From Marsupella aquatica (Eukaryota > Plantae > Marchantiophyta): a stretch of DNA of 64,000 nucleotides. Below the pieces are notes generated by a model, which was not told the origin of the DNA, searched no databases, and worked only from the letters and a program-made list of their open reading frames with translations. The stretch spans positions 11,980,830-12,044,829 of the forward strand of contig OZ316896.1 in assembly GCA_973895155.1 (NCBI GenBank), written 5' to 3'. The translations under genes were made by a program, and so were the position numbers. Positions 1 through 13,826 of this stretch are shown piece after piece; the stretch's first letter is position 1, and every line of letters begins with the position of its first letter.

Positions 1-236
1 CCTGGCAGTGTTCATGAATTGTTTACCTATGCAAAAGGAGATATGTAGGACGTGGGAGTAGATTCTGAATTTCATCATTCAGAGGCCGCAGTCCTGCAGA
101 CCGACCAATTAAGGCCCTAATACTGCGGATTGATCAATTTATGCTTGAAATTCTTTATAGAAAGTTTTTTTTAGATTATACATGCCTCCTTTGAGTATCT
201 ATCTTGCTGTGTCTAATATTTCCGCGTTGGAACAGA

Positions 237-3200
237 TGATAAACAGCCTCTTGGACTTCTCCTTCGAACATAGCAAACAAAAGTTCTCTGCTCCACCACC
301 GCCGTCCTCCACAGGTATGTCTTTCGATATTAATTAGTGGGGTACGTTTGCAGGTCCTTTCAAGGTTTTCCGCACAGTTTCTGAATGATCATTAAAAATC
401 ATATGACCATCTCATGGGCTTGTTTCAAGTCTTAGAGGGAGGCATCTAGCAGGAATATTCACTCCCTTGTTGTCCTTGATCTTACTTCGACAAACAGTGA
501 TTTATTGTTTGTGTTGTTTAGGTCAACAGCTAAGGACTGGGCCATCAGTCATTCCATTACGACGAGCTGGGAGTGGAGGTCCCTCATCATTATGTATGGC
601 ACCATTACCAACTGGTAAGCTAGATCGATATGGACGACTAGAACTAGTATCTGGTCCTACCTCTGAACGAGGAAGTGGCACGGGCTCATTGCAAATGGCT
701 GATTTGCGATTTACAGAGGAGAACTGCAGAATTCAAGCAGGTATCGCATCACAAATCTTCCAGGATATTTGCTTTTCGTGTTAGAGGGATTATACACAAT
801 TTGTCCTTTCTTAAGAGTACTGTAATGTCATCAAGCTACCCCTTGATAGCCTAGCTTCAATGTGGTATGTCATCAAGCTACCCCTTGATAACCTAGCTTG
901 AATGTGGTCAATTTAGTTTACTGTTGAGAGATTTTGATTCCGTTGTCTCCTTTATTCGCTTTCACGTAAGTGTATGGCTTCAAAGGTCGTGAGCAGTTTG
1001 AAAGTCCAGAGAGTCCTAATTGAGAAGGACGTTGGTTTTTCTGTGAGAGCAGATGCCACCTCTCCTCTCCAAACGTACGAGAAGGTGAGGGTAATGGGAT
1101 CTTCTCATCTTCGACTTGTCAATCAAAATGCGACATCCATATCTGCTTCAGAGCATCCTGATGAGGATCTCATGAGAAGTAAAATTTTGGATGCTGAGCT
1201 CGCAAACCTTTTGCACCGCACTTTCCAAAGGGCGAAAGCTAAAAGTGTCGAACTTCTCGACGAGTGGCCTTGCCATCCAGCGAATGTTTTAGCAACACAT
1301 TTGGCGGATCGGCTTGACACTCCTCACGAAGTCTCCATGACAATGGAGCAGTACGAGGAGGTGAGCAAGGACACCATTCTCTCGCGATTGCATTGTCTAG
1401 TAGAGGAATCTCTGTAAATGCAGGTACCAAAAAGTTATTGCAGTGTCTGAAAGCCTTATAGAATAACTTCGTAGTATTCACACTTCGGCTGAATCTTGGG
1501 TTTGGGAATCTCTATTGAGCGTTTGTGGTACTCTTGTTTGTCTTCCAGCGTTCCTAGGATTTGAAATTCTGTTGTTCTTTGAATTTTCTGGACAGGTTTT
1601 ACCAAAACATATTTCGTCACTAAGGCATATTTTTCTGACTGATTGCTTCAGTCAGAATCCCCTCTTGATGGAGGTAAAGTATTTTCTCAGTAGAAATTGT
1701 GTTGGAAGGTTTACATCGGCAAAGTTTAGACTTAAGCAATATCAGATAATTCTGAGAAGTTGGACAGGCGTGAGGGACAGCACAATTCACACGTAAATTA
1801 CACCCGCAATTGCAAGTGGTTTTGGCGAAATACAGCTTGCCGGTAGAACTAGGTGGCATTTTCAAATGTCTACAATCGTAGAAGACCAGTAGGAGAAACC
1901 AAACAATACTTTAAACTAAACTAGTTCTTGTCGGTTTCTCAAACTCTGGTACCCAGATGGTAGAACTCATCATCTCGCATGGAGGAAGTAGGGCTGTTCT
2001 GAGGTGTGTGGAATTCGTAAGGGTTCTACTTGCTGACAGTATCGCCCGCTGGCATGGTGCATTCCGAACGCGGTGGCCACAGCGTGTTTCGCAGACCAAG
2101 GTAAAATCTATAATGGCAGCAAGACTAATTCTCGGTTTAACACCAAGGTGGAATTGTTATGTGCACACTTCGGACCTCTGCTGGCTATAGTTTATGCAAG
2201 TCAGTATTCTTTTTGAAAAGGTTAAATTGAGAATAAACGTCAACCATTTGGGTCCCACGTCGTCTCGTCCGTATATGTAGGTTGCACTTGGAATGACGGT
2301 GGAGTGTTCTTACATTCCTGTTTACTCTATAACACTGTAGAGGACGGTTGAGAGCACTATTCGTTATGCAACAAAGTTGTTGTCAGTTGAAGTGACTATT
2401 TTCCACGCTCTCCACCTTTAGATCTAAGCCTGAGGTTTTGCACCCTTAGGTCGGAGAGATGGAGGCGTGGAACAGGATCCAAGTCAGTCGACTAATTCAA
2501 CTCGTAGCTTCCGCAAATTGGCTGCCACAACCATTAGCTGCTAGCGGAGAGATTGTAGCTGTCATTGATGGGGCCGACATAGCCGACTTGCTCCTGTTGG
2601 TGTGGCGCTGCATGCACCATGCCATGGCATTTGGGTCCAAAGCCTGGGGAGAATCTTCATCCAATTTGCACGCTACAGGTGTGCCTGTGGAGGGCCAGGT
2701 ACTATGAACTACTATCGGATCTTGTGACGAGTTATTTATCCCGGTGCTTGAGATGTTTTTTTCCATACTTTAAACAAATGCATACCGATGAATAAATGGA
2801 GGACGGAAGAATTATCACGAGAAACGTCAAGAAATGAGTGCCATAGATCATTGGCCTCGAAGCAGTTTACCAGCTCATGCGTGATAGATGTGGATTACCA
2901 ACGCATGGATCCAATGGTCGCTAATATACAGCCTGCCTGCTTGAATACAGATTGCGTCTACGATTGGCTCAGGGGTGGATGAGGGAGCTGGAAAGGAAGG
3001 AACATATACAGAGTGGAAGAGTCATTTTTTTGCCATACTGCGGCGCAATATTACTAAAGTTGGAGCTCATTTTCCTCAAGTGTATCCCATACGGAAAGCG
3101 TTTTGAAAAGTAAATGGTGATAGGGTCGTTGTGGATGATAGAAGGGACAGTCCATTGTTTGACCTGATCAGTTAGACTAGCTTCTCTCACCGATGGTGTT

Positions 3201-4389
3201 TGAACATACGTCTGAGACAGTCACGTGTTTTTTTTAATGCTTCTCGATGTATATTGCAAATAGATGCGGCCTCAATTTTGAGAATAAGCATGATGGAAGT
3301 ATTCGAAATGTTCTTCAACTGTGCCTTTGCATGTTGTCACCTGATATCCAGGTGCAACTTTATACCTTCCGTGTTCATTACTATGACTTGGAATTGCTTG
3401 GCATAACAGTGTTTTTTAGACTGACATGGAAAGGTTACTCTGAAATGTCAGTACTTCAGCGTCGTTGGTTTGAGGAACCCAGATCTGTCGGTTCTTCTTA
3501 TGAGTGGGCTTTGTGACTCTCCTGTGTGCACTTTGTTGCGTTTGTAGCCATGACTGAATACTGCATCACACTTCGCCCCCTAATGACGAAGTTGTACAGA
3601 GAATCTTCATCGACAACATGCTGTGAGCCAGTGTTCCCAGTAGAAGAAAGGCTATGCACCAAACAAAGTTCCATTGCAGCATTGCAACACTTTGCACCTT
3701 GACCAGATACTGCTACACGGAATTTCACAGGATTCGCTAGTCTCTAAGGGAAGCAGAAACAATTGCGACAGACAACGTTATATGTTTCGATGGCAGGATG
3801 GACTGGCTTTTCTTCTCATGAAAGATCTACTGTTTGGTGGGCTACCATGACAAATGGCTGCCAAGAACGAGAAAGGGTAAATTTCTTTCTTCAATTTTCT
3901 CTCAAGCAAACAATCAAGCATCTTCAGAAAGGAGTTTGCCCTATCAATCAATCGTGAACCGCGCATGGGATGCAGTGGTGTTAGAATGAAGAGAGCAAGG
4001 TCCTGTCTCCAGGGAAGTGAAGCCGACTGACCTTACGAGAAAAACTGACCTTACGAGAAAACATTATGGAAGCATTTTCTCGACAGGAATTTGACAGGCC
4101 GCACTACCTGTTGTCATAGCGTTTTGGATCCTGTTTTTACACAGATGTGCCAGAGTCCCGAAGACATCAATCACTTTGTCTATGGGACGTACTGGTCTTG
4201 ACATATAATGGTATTTGTTTCCGCAACACACGGTACTATAGCAGCAGTGCCAAAACCAATGTTGAAAAGGTGTGGAAGAACCTACTGTATATTGAGAAGG
4301 GTGTGGAAGGACCAATGGGCAGGAGAACATGGATGTTAAAAGTGCAAATACATCTACCTTCGGATCACAGGAGCGTAAGAGCAAAGTAG
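237..4389 (+). other. Unassigned, probably degenerate spliced coding sequence (possible transposon relic)
   Basis: Apparent GT/AG-bounded segments (~237-315, ~522-740) and fragmentary + strand ORFs (974-1417, 1957-2190, 2459-2707, 4147-4389). No family recognised. Confidence 0.25.
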
Positions 4390-4669
4390 AGATTGGATCC
4401 TATGTGGGCCTATTCCCTTGCGTATTATGGTGTGCCTTGATGCGTCTGTGATATAACATTGTCCAGTCTTGACTTGGCCTTAACCGGGTGTTCTGACACA
4501 AACCATATCTCTCTCTCTTGGCACCAAATCTGGAAATTGTGTGCTTGATCACAAGGACATGAATGCCCGCTTCTCCCTAAAGAACATGGTGTTCCTTGCC
4601 TTACATGTCACCAAAGAGAAATGAAGGAATTGATTGGACAAAGAAAATAAAAAGACATCCAAAGAGGCA

Positions 4670-4980
4670 TAGTTGTGTTGTAGCTTACTTGAGTGGAGAC
4701 TGATTGGGAGGCTGATAGGTCTTGTGTTCAAGTTATGTTGTAGCTTACTTGAGTGGAGACTGGTCTTGTGTTCAAGTTGTGTTGTAGCTTACTTGAGTGG
4801 AGACTTTGGGAGGCTGATAAGTCTTGTGTTCAACTATTGTGATTGACTGTTTGTGTTCAATTATTGTGATTGACTGTTACCTTTCTGGGTTTCACAAATT
4901 TCACTTTAAATTATTAAATAAATTATCATCAAAAAGTTTCACAAATTTCCCCTTAAATTATTGAAGAAATTATCAACAAA
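4670..4980. repeat. Cluster of short local direct repeats
   Basis: gttgtagcttacttgagtggagact x3, tattgtgattgactgtt x2, tttcacaaatttc..ttaaattatt x2. Confidence 0.7.
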
Positions 4981-5895
4981 AGACAGATGAATGAAATGAT
5001 TGGCCAACTAAGGGACCCAATAGGGAGTATACACAACCTGGTATAAAACTTCACAAAATGTGTTCAAGCTTTGAAGTTTCAAGCCTTTGCCCCCAACTAG
5101 TTCAATGGATCCACCGCCAACATTCAAAGCTTTGACTTGTCAAAAACTGAGTTGTGTAACTCGGTTGTGGAGACCCTATAATTAATTGGAGTAAAGATTC
5201 ACCCTTATAGCAACTAGGTTGCTCAAAGTCCTCAACAATGGGTTTCAAATCTCAAAATTTGATGGACAATAACCTAATAGTTAAGGTAACATAACAAATT
5301 ATAAGCTACCAAAATTCATGATACATAACTTTTTGCCATAAAAATTGGTCATATGTCAGAATCAGAAGTCACTCTAAAGACTAGTGAGGAAAAACTACTT
5401 TTACATAACCCTGAGAAAAAACTATGGCCATTGTGTATGGCCAAAAGCCATCAGCACTAACTTTGAAGCTTGAGACATGCCCTAATGTACCAGCATGCTA
5501 AATCCAGCTCAAAGCACTCACAGGAATTTCTGTTTGGGACTTGAATAAATGGCTGCTATGTTTTCACTTTTTTTTCCCACTGACTTTTGAAAATTAAATG
5601 GCCACTGTCCATGACAAAACCTGGATACACCAGGTTTCACCATTTTTAGTACCTTTTTTCTTATAGTCTCATACTAGAGGAGAATAATGTGCGAAATGGA
5701 GAAATCTTGGACACTTCCCCTTTCATATGGCAGTCCTGGTTTAAGGGAGTTTTGAAGAGAATCTTTGATGAAAACTTAATAGAAATAATAGAAATGCTGG
5801 CGGGAATTCCGGTAGTGCTGTGAGAGTGAGAGAGAGAGCGAGATTCGAAAGTCGAGGTACTACGGTAGCATGACAGAAATAAATGCATCAAAAGC

Positions 5896-7332
5896 ATGAA
5901 TGAACGTAAATTCGAATGTGGACAGATAAGACCACCAGCGAGCTTTCACAGAAGCGAAAGAATGTCAATCCACTCAATATGCAGTTTATTTGTTCACAGA
6001 AAACTCGTTGATTCTTCATCGGACTGCCAGTTTCTTGGGATACGAAGCAGTAAATGCAGCAACTACGATGTAGTACCAATGCCGATTCGTGTATCTTGTA
6101 CGTACAAGACGTCACTGTGTCTCAGCACCAACAAGAACAGTAGCTCAGAAATCCTGGGAACACATTTTCCTCCACTTCATACTGCAACGACTAGTGTGAG
6201 GCAGTTTGCGAGAATAGAAGATGTGGGTCGAAGACTGTCACAGACCGGGACTCTAGCTCTCCACATACAACCTGTTCCACCAAATATCACCACGAGCATT
6301 CCTCGACATCTTCATCCTCTACAAGCTCTGCTAAAGGATCGGAGAAGAAGAAAGGTTGCTGTACTGCAGGCTCTGCATCAGCAACAAGGTGGGGGTGATG
6401 TGGGTGATTCAACAGAATGTAATGGACAGAAAGCGGGGGGGCTAGTGGGGCGTGTTGTGGCTTTCACCACCCATCTTCAATATGCCAGTCGCGTTGACAA
6501 ATTGCTCAAACAGGAGGGCGCGGAGCCTCTTTGGTGCCCAACCATTGCGACGGAGCAAACAGAGCAAACTCGCCAGGAATTGGAAGATTTTGTGCGGAGA
6601 GCAGTGTCGAAAGGCGAATTCCAAGTTCATGGAGTTGCATTCACCTCTCGTGCAGGGATCAGGGCAATTTCGGAGGTGCTTGACGGCAGACAGCTGCCTT
6701 GGGATGCTTATGATGCACAGGAGGAAGGAGGACTTGATTACTCTCCATTTCTCTTGGCGGCTTTGGGCAAAGACGCCGAGCTGTTGAAGGAGTTGAATGT
6801 CATAGCTGACAGCCCTCGAGTATCCATGGTTGTCCCAGCGGTATCAACTCCTCGAGCTCTGGTGGAGGCTCTTGGAACAGGGAATGGGAGGAAGATCCTC
6901 TGCCCTGTGCCTCTCGTTGAGGGTCTGAAAGAGCCTCCAGTTGTGCCACAGTTCCTTGAGGAATTGAGGCAACATGGTTGGGATCCTGTTCGTGTAAATA
7001 GCTACGTCACTCGTTGGTTAGGTTCGGACTGTGCTAAACCTTTGCTTGTCATGGACCAATCAGTCCAATTTGGGTCCATTGATGCCCTGGTTTTTACTAG
7101 CACTGCTGAGATTGATGGGCTGCTGAAGAGCTGTAGGTGTTTAGGACTTGACGGAGTCCAAGCTCTGCAGAGACGGTCCAGAAGCTTTCTGATTGCATGT
7201 CATGGGCCAGTAACTGCACTGGGAGCACAGCGCTTAGGCGTGGAAGTTGATGTTGTTGGGAAAGATTTTCAGAGCTTCGATGGAGTTATCAAAGCATTAG
7301 GAGCCGAATTCAGAGACGCTGCCCAAAATTAG
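5896..7332 (+). CDS. Uroporphyrinogen-III synthase (HemD/HEM4)-like protein, intronless ORF; start codon uncertain
   Basis: 478-aa ORF with HemD-like motifs GRVVAFTT..YA, PLWCPTI, VAFTSRAGI, DALVFTSTAE, ACHGPVTA..A..LGV.VDVV. The N-terminal extension may be a transit peptide or UTR. Confidence 0.8.
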   Translation: MNERKFECGQIRPPASFHRSERMSIHSICSLFVHRKLVDSSSDCQFLGIRSSKCSNYDVVPMPIRVSCTYKTSLCLSTNKNSSSEILGTHFPPLHTATTSVRQFARIEDVGRRLSQTGTLALHIQPVPPNITTSIPRHLHPLQALLKDRRRRKVAVLQALHQQQGGGDVGDSTECNGQKAGGLVGRVVAFTTHLQYASRVDKLLKQEGAEPLWCPTIATEQTEQTRQELEDFVRRAVSKGEFQVHGVAFTSRAGIRAISEVLDGRQLPWDAYDAQEEGGLDYSPFLLAALGKDAELLKELNVIADSPRVSMVVPAVSTPRALVEALGTGNGRKILCPVPLVEGLKEPPVVPQFLEELRQHGWDPVRVNSYVTRWLGSDCAKPLLVMDQSVQFGSIDALVFTSTAEIDGLLKSCRCLGLDGVQALQRRSRSFLIACHGPVTALGAQRLGVEVDVVGKDFQSFDGVIKALGAEFRDAAQN

Positions 7333-8171
7333 TTACCCCAGAGTAAAGAAACTCAGGTTGGCGGTTTTTTTGCTGCCGTGGATTGTCTTTCCTTTACCAG
7401 CACAAATGTCAAGTTTCAATGACATGCTGAAATTTTTGGAATTACTGAGGACCACCGCATCAAACTGTTCATTTCTCAACGAACTAGAATGGTTTAGCAG
7501 ATTGCGATTATGTGCCCATAACACGACAGCTAGAAACCCAAATCTGCCCTGGATCCATTTTGCCTTCCAGCATTCGTATATATAGTTCGCAGAACCAACT
7601 AGTCTTCCCGGGTTAAACTTTGCCGATCTGTTCTCCTCAATTGTAGGATGCTCATATGTAAATCAGACCAACCAAATCCTGCAGCATTGCCTGCTTCAAA
7701 ATGAAAGGACACAAAGTGCATAAATCATGTCTGAAGATTTATTCTTTTACTTTCCAACGTGATCCGTACAAAATCTTGTGACTGCACAAAAATCATCTAC
7801 GGAGTCCAACGGGTGGTGCCCCGGAAGCGGAATGAATAACCAATCATTCTTGTGAGACGCCCTAGTTTGAACAACAACGGCTCAAGTGCGTTCAGTTGTT
7901 CTATGATGTAGTGAACGCTCCAATTTTCCTGGCTTGCAAAATATTTTTAACATCGAACCATAGGTAGAGAGATCGACTCATCTTTGGGATTGTAATGGAA
8001 TACTATACGGACAACCTTCAGCTCACATGACTGTCTTAAGAAGAATCCAGGATAGGGATATATACTGCGATTCAGGGTTCAGCATGTTAATACCTTTTCT
8101 TCCGACAAAGGGAGAGATCGTTACAACTTCAACATGATGGCTACACGGATTGCTGTTTATGACATAGGTCC

Positions 8172-10476
8172 TTAAGAGGGGTTAATTGCCTTTGCTATTC
8201 CATAAGCAGCGGAAGATGCAAGAGCACCAATCACAGCAGTCTGAATAGCACTTACGAATGGCCTTGATCCTGTATAGTACCCCTTCACAAACCCAAAGAT
8301 GAGCAGTGCTACTAGTGTGACTACGACAGACAGCTTCAAGGCATCGAAAGCCTCAGAAATAAAAATGTAAGGAGCCAATGGTATCATCCCTCCCACGATG
8401 TATGATGCAGCAATAGTCAGTGCACTCTGCAGTGCCCTCTTCGGATCAGGCTTCTCTAGGCCAAGCTCGAATCTGTAACCAAACAGCAACAGCATCAGAC
8501 TCAAACCTACAAAAACCCTGAGAGAACTGGCTTGTCAAAACGATCAGTGTTGGGGTATTCCACCAGCTTTGCCAGCACAATGATGCTCATTCTTGAAAAA
8601 TCTCCCCGACACTACGTGAGGAATTCAATGGACGGGAACGGCTCCAACTTGAAATTTGGGTGGGGTGGGGGTGTGGGGCGGGCGGGGGGGGAGGGGAGGA
8701 TCACTGCATAGACACTAGCATTCTGGTGATAGCATGAGGAAAATTTTTCTGTCATTAACCATTGATGCCACAATTCACTTAAAACATAATCAGATGCCCT
8801 GCAGGAGAATGTGCAGGGAAATCAACCTCATCATGAAGTCAATCCATACATCTGGACGCTTTCTTAGAGCATTAACTACAGGCCAGTACTCCGCCGGTTC
8901 CAAACCCATATCTGCCAATATTTCAGCCACCTCATTGCCTCTGTTCTCACCAAGACACGAGCAAAGTCAGGAAATACTTCAAGTTGAGCTCATTGCTCAG
9001 TCTAATCTTAGCACGTTCAAAAATATCTGAGGGAGTGGAGGCTTGGAGAATCCAATCAAAAACACAATTGTTTTCATCAATATGTGCGAAATTGGTTTAA
9101 CTTCCTACCAGAAGATGTCATCTTCAATTTAAAATCTAAAGGATTTTCGTAAAGAGAAGTTTAACAGAATCGCCGATGCCAATGTATTTCCCTTCAGCGG
9201 TCCATGAATCACCAGTGAGGGACTAGCTGGACTCTAATACAACGTGGAAGACTTTACCAGTTTCAGGTACTTCCGTGACCTCCTCTTGTTCCCTTTTCCT
9301 CTCACTCCAATAATGATCAGCGTCGCTCTTTGCAGCTAAATACCTGCACAATTCGACAAACAGTTGAAGTCCTCCAGGAGGTGTTCAAATGATTAAAAAA
9401 ACTTGCATTTCTATGCTGGAGAGGGCTAAGACCAGACAGTAAGAGAACAGAGCTACCGGTTTGAGAATTTGGAAGAAAAATAATCTGATTGGCTTCGCTC
9501 ATCAAAGTGACTATATTGCTGTATGTCAGTGCAACGAATTGGTTTGGTCGGGTGGTCTTCGTCCGCTTGCACATCGTCACTACCAGTCTGGACCAATTGA
9601 AACGTCATCAGATGACAATAATGGAAACGTAAATATAAACACTTATGTGAAAGGGGGCACATGGAAATACTGGAGTCATGAAGCTCTGCTATATCAAAAC
9701 CTCCTCCCATGCTAAGTCTTTGCTCTGTTAGCTGAACGGCGGTCCATTCGAATCAATATTGACCATGAATTCGATTTGGAGCGTTCTTTGATATTTTTTT
9801 GAGCTGAGGTCCATTTGAGATCCTTGGAAGTCATAGAGAACGAACGAAGGCAGAGAAATTGCAGACGTCCTTATTTGAGGGCCCCAGATGAAGAAGATTA
9901 CAGAGGCAGAGATGTTAATAGTTAATACCCAGCAAGACAAGATCTGCATGTCTATGGCATCTACATTCTAGATCTGACACTGAACACTAGACAATGCACG
10001 GCACCAGCCTGCTGATCCACATCAGCGGCAAATGAGTACAGATTTTCTCCACTCCAGAAAAATCTTCTGGAATTTAGCAGACCAACATGTGCAGGAGTTA
10101 GATTTTAAGTCGAAAATGGAAATAGCTCCGCTTTTTACCGGATTTAGTATGATCGTATAGGTACCGTGAGTTACAAAGTACAATCAGTCATATTAGACCA
10201 GCTCTCCGATCCACTAGATTTGCATAGTTAAGAATACCCACAAGGAGTGACAAAGAACGAAAGGGGAGGAAAGATGACCAACCCTCCAAGGCCCATGGCG
10301 ATAGACCCCGCCGCGACCTCAGCCAGACCTGCAGTGACAACAATCGCCGAAGCTGCTGAAGCTCCAGACAGGCCCGCTGCCAGCGCAAATGGTACAGTCA
10401 GCCCATCTGACATGCCAATTACCACATCCCGCACCACCTCTCCCGCCGTGAAATGCTTCTCCATGTGCTGCCTCAT
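8172..10476 (-). CDS. VIT1: Vacuolar iron transporter (VIT1/CCC1 family), 4 exons: 10476-10283, 9343-9258, ~8940-8827, 8472-8172
   Basis: HFTAGEVVRDVVIGMSDGLTVPFALAAGLSG..MGLGG|YLAAKSDADHY..EVAEILA..WIDFMMR|FELGLEKPDPKRALQSA, with GT-AG introns. There is an apparent 1-bp frame problem at the start of exon 3. Confidence 0.92.
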
Positions 10477-11369
10477 GCCTATCTCCTGTCTCTACCTCCC
10501 TCCTCTCTTCCTTTCTCTCTCCTCTCCTCCAATGCGTCTTCAATTAGCCCAAAGCTCACCCACAAAGATCTCAGTCCCTCCCTGGCGGTACTTTCTTTCC
10601 TCTCTCCCTGAATTCCCCTTCAATCAGCCCGCAGCTCAGCCTCACAACGACCTTCCTCAATTCCTCTACGATGAGCCCACGCCCCACCCACAAAGATCTC
10701 AGTCCCTTCCAGACTGTATTTATCTCCTCTCTGCCTAAGTTGTTCCTCAATTCTTCTGCAATCAGCCCACAGCTTTTAGAAACAGAGACCGCCCTCCCTC
10801 TCTCTCAACGTCGTTCCTCAATTCTCTTACAATCAGCCCACACCTCGACCACAAAGACCTCCTCCTCCCTCTCTCCCAACGCCTTCTTCAATTCATCTAT
10901 AGTCCGACCAGGTCTCAGCTCAGGCACAAAGACTGTACTTATTACTCCCTGCCTCCCTCTCCAAAGGTAATCCACCAACAATCCAACCCAATGCAATCCA
11001 ATCTAAGCCCAACACACGCAATTACATGCAGTACGAAGGTGATGCAGATTAATGATGAGCTTCTTCTCGTCGACATTGCAACTCCCGCCCGAGCAACGTC
11101 AGGCCCCAAGAGAGCCACACAGTTGCACTCCACTTGTCAAACTCAACGCCCTTCTTCATATGTCTGTTCGTAATTTTCGGTGCTTTAAATGGAGAACAAT
11201 GCACAGTCCAGATTGGAGGGGGCCGTTACTAAACTTCTCCTCTATTTCTATTAAAACTTAGCCCTGTACTAAGAAGATGTCAAAGTGAGAAAAAGGTATG
11301 AAGTGGAAAAAAGATGTAGAGGAGAGACAATGTGAGGCAAGGCGGAGATTTTGATGTGAGAATAGATGG

Positions 11370-11605
11370 ATTGCAAGAATAGATGTTCAGGCAAAAAATG
11401 ATGTTCAGGCTAAAAAACAATGTCAAGGCAAGGAATGAGGTTGAGGCTAAAACCATGTTGAGGCAAGAAAAGATGTTGAGACCAAAACAAATGATGGGGC
11501 AAGAAAAAATGTTGAGACCAAAAAATATGATGGGGCGAGAAAAGATGTTGAGGCGCAAAAGGATGTTACTTTAGGCAAGGCAAAGATGTTGGGGCACGAC
11601 AAAGA
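11370..11605. repeat. Degenerate 18-bp tandem repeat (aaagatgttgaggcaaga-like)
   Basis: Period visible in the DNA and as 6-aa repeats in spurious ORFs (KMLRPK/NIFSC). Confidence 0.65.
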
Positions 11606-13046
11606 TTTGGGGGGGTCAAGGTATGGTCACACAATGCTATTGGGAGTAGAACATTTTCTCCCTCCTTTACCATTTCTTCACTCCTTTGCCACCATTGTAC
11701 AATTGGTCGGAGCGCCCGGAAAATTACTTGGGACGTCCTTCTCAAAAACGAAGTGTCCTTGCAAAGATAGCCGGTCAGTGTGAATTTTGGGCATAAAGTG
11801 AAGCGACACGTGTCACAGTCCATGGGGATGTTCAAAACAAACCCCTCAGTCCATCCGGGCTTAACTTTCCCAAATTGGTCTATCTGAGTACCAAGGTCAA
11901 CTGTTATGGTCCACAGAGCTTCAAGGTTTCAAGGCATTCTCATTGTATATTGTTGCGGGAAATTTAAAGGTGTGCAATTGCAGCTATAAGCTCATATGAA
12001 ATTCTTGTGCCAAATGGTTTTCTTGGATAGGGTTAGTAAGCATGATTGGATGGGATCTACAGAAACATGTATTTTGACTAAGATGGCATAGATCAGTTTA
12101 GAATAAAATTCTGTACTTTCATACAAAGAGGATTTCGGGATCCAATCCAAGCTCAATAGTTCCTACCAACATGAGTGCACACGAGACTAGCCAGAACAGC
12201 ATCTGGTGCAATAAACCAATGAGACTGGTGACAAAGCCTCACAATGAGCACAGTTCATATGATGATCCACATGGAATATGGGGGCTAAGTGTGAGATTTG
12301 AAAGAAACTGTAAGCATTGAGCAAAAGAGAAAAGCAGATTTTGGGCATGGGTCCAAAAGGGGAGACAAATTTAGTCAAAGGAGAATAAGGTAGAGAACAT
12401 GGGGTGGGGAGTGGAGAGAGGTGAATGATATTTTTACCATGTCAATGACAGTGGTCTGTTTTAGCACAGCATTCAATTTTTTTGGATATCAATGTTTGCC
12501 ATACTGGCGGAAAACCCAAATAACTTTAAAACTCACTGTAAATGTATGTTGGAGAGGGTGAGCTAATCTAAGTTGTGACCAACATAGAAAACATTTATAT
12601 TGTCCACAGCAATGTTTAAAAAGGTTTGGCAGACATCCTTAAAAAGACATCATGGATCAGTTTGTAATGAAATGTGAAAATTTTCATATAGTTTAGGGGA
12701 GCCAATGTGCAAATGAGTACTCCATCCTCAACCGCTTAGTAGTAGCAACCTACTAAGCTCTCCGTTGCTATGCTAGAGTGGGACATGTTGCTATGCTAGA
12801 GTGGGACATTGTCTATTAGATTTGCATTGTTAGAGGCATCATATATCTGCTAGATAAACTAGTGGTGCCTTACATACGATAATTGCAACAGCCTAATAAA
12901 TCCTAGCTTAAATTCAATGTGCCATGCTAGTGATGACTTGATTTAACATACCACATTTATTTAGCTCACTTTCCCATAAAAGTAAATAATTACTGAAAGT
13001 AGGTTAAGGAACTAGAATTGTTCTTTGATGTTGTTGTAAGTTGGCA

Positions 13047-13184
13047 TGTCGTGCGCATACACATCGCTACACAACATACATCGCTTGTCACACATATCCA
13101 AACATAGTCACAATCCACTAACACGCACATAAGAGAATGGAGTACAAATACAACCAATGTCCACACATGCCCAAAACCCACAAT
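13047..13184 (-). repeat. Terminal repeat Y, outer copy (~138 bp)
   Basis: Matches 13516-13653 with one visible mismatch (aaatacaacc/aaatagaacc). Confidence 0.92.
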
Positions 13185-13513
13185 AATCTTTTCTGGATGA
13201 AATCGAACAACAATCAGTGCTAATCCAACAACGATCCTGTTTGACTCGATCACACATATATGTCAAGCCCAACGCACCTTGTGCTTCAAGGAATCCACGT
13301 TACATGCACACAACCTGGTCAGCCACACCATAGCCACCAAGCTCATGCTCAAAGGCTCAACATTGAAAGATGAGGCCTTTGAGCCAACACAAGGGGATAA
13401 CTATCCCTCACACCAACTCAAACTAAACACAAAGTGCTCATATAGCACACATACAAAACCTCTATATCCTAGATAGTACGATATACTTTACTACCACTCT
13501 AAATGGTGTGACA
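13184..13513 (-). repeat. Terminal repeat X, 3' copy (~330 bp)
   Basis: Direct repeat of 22520-22849, about 6 mismatches by eye. Both copies yield the same 65-aa spurious ORF. Confidence 0.95.
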
Positions 13514-13515
13514 GC

Positions 13516-13653
13516 TGTCGTGCGCATACACATCGCTACACAACATACATCGCTTGTCACACATATCCAAACATAGTCACAATCCACTAACACGCACATA
13601 AGAGAATGGAGTACAAATAGAACCAATGTCCACACATGCCCAAAACCCACAAT
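13516..13653 (-). repeat. Terminal repeat Y, inner copy
   Basis: Direct repeat of 13047-13184. On the - strand it begins AT-TGTGGG immediately after the purine tract. Confidence 0.92.
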
Positions 13654-13663
13654 CGCCCCCCTA
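13654..13663 (-). other. Polypurine-tract-like sequence (TAGGGGGGCG)
   Basis: G-run directly upstream of the inner Y repeat in element orientation. Confidence 0.6.
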
Positions 13664-13826
13664 GCTGGGAGTGAGGTCCCCTAACTCTAGCTAGCCATGA
13701 GTTCTACAAAGTTAATATACACCTTTGTAGGTGCAAAGATCAAGAGACCGGGTGCAAGTGAGCCCCATCGATCGCCTACCTGCAATCTATATCTTCCACA
13801 AGAACACAAATGATAACTAGTTGGCA

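Noticed and set aside
13279-13476. Duplicated 65-aa ORF (also 22615-22812)
   Set aside because: By-product of terminal repeat X; TTG start and no protein features.
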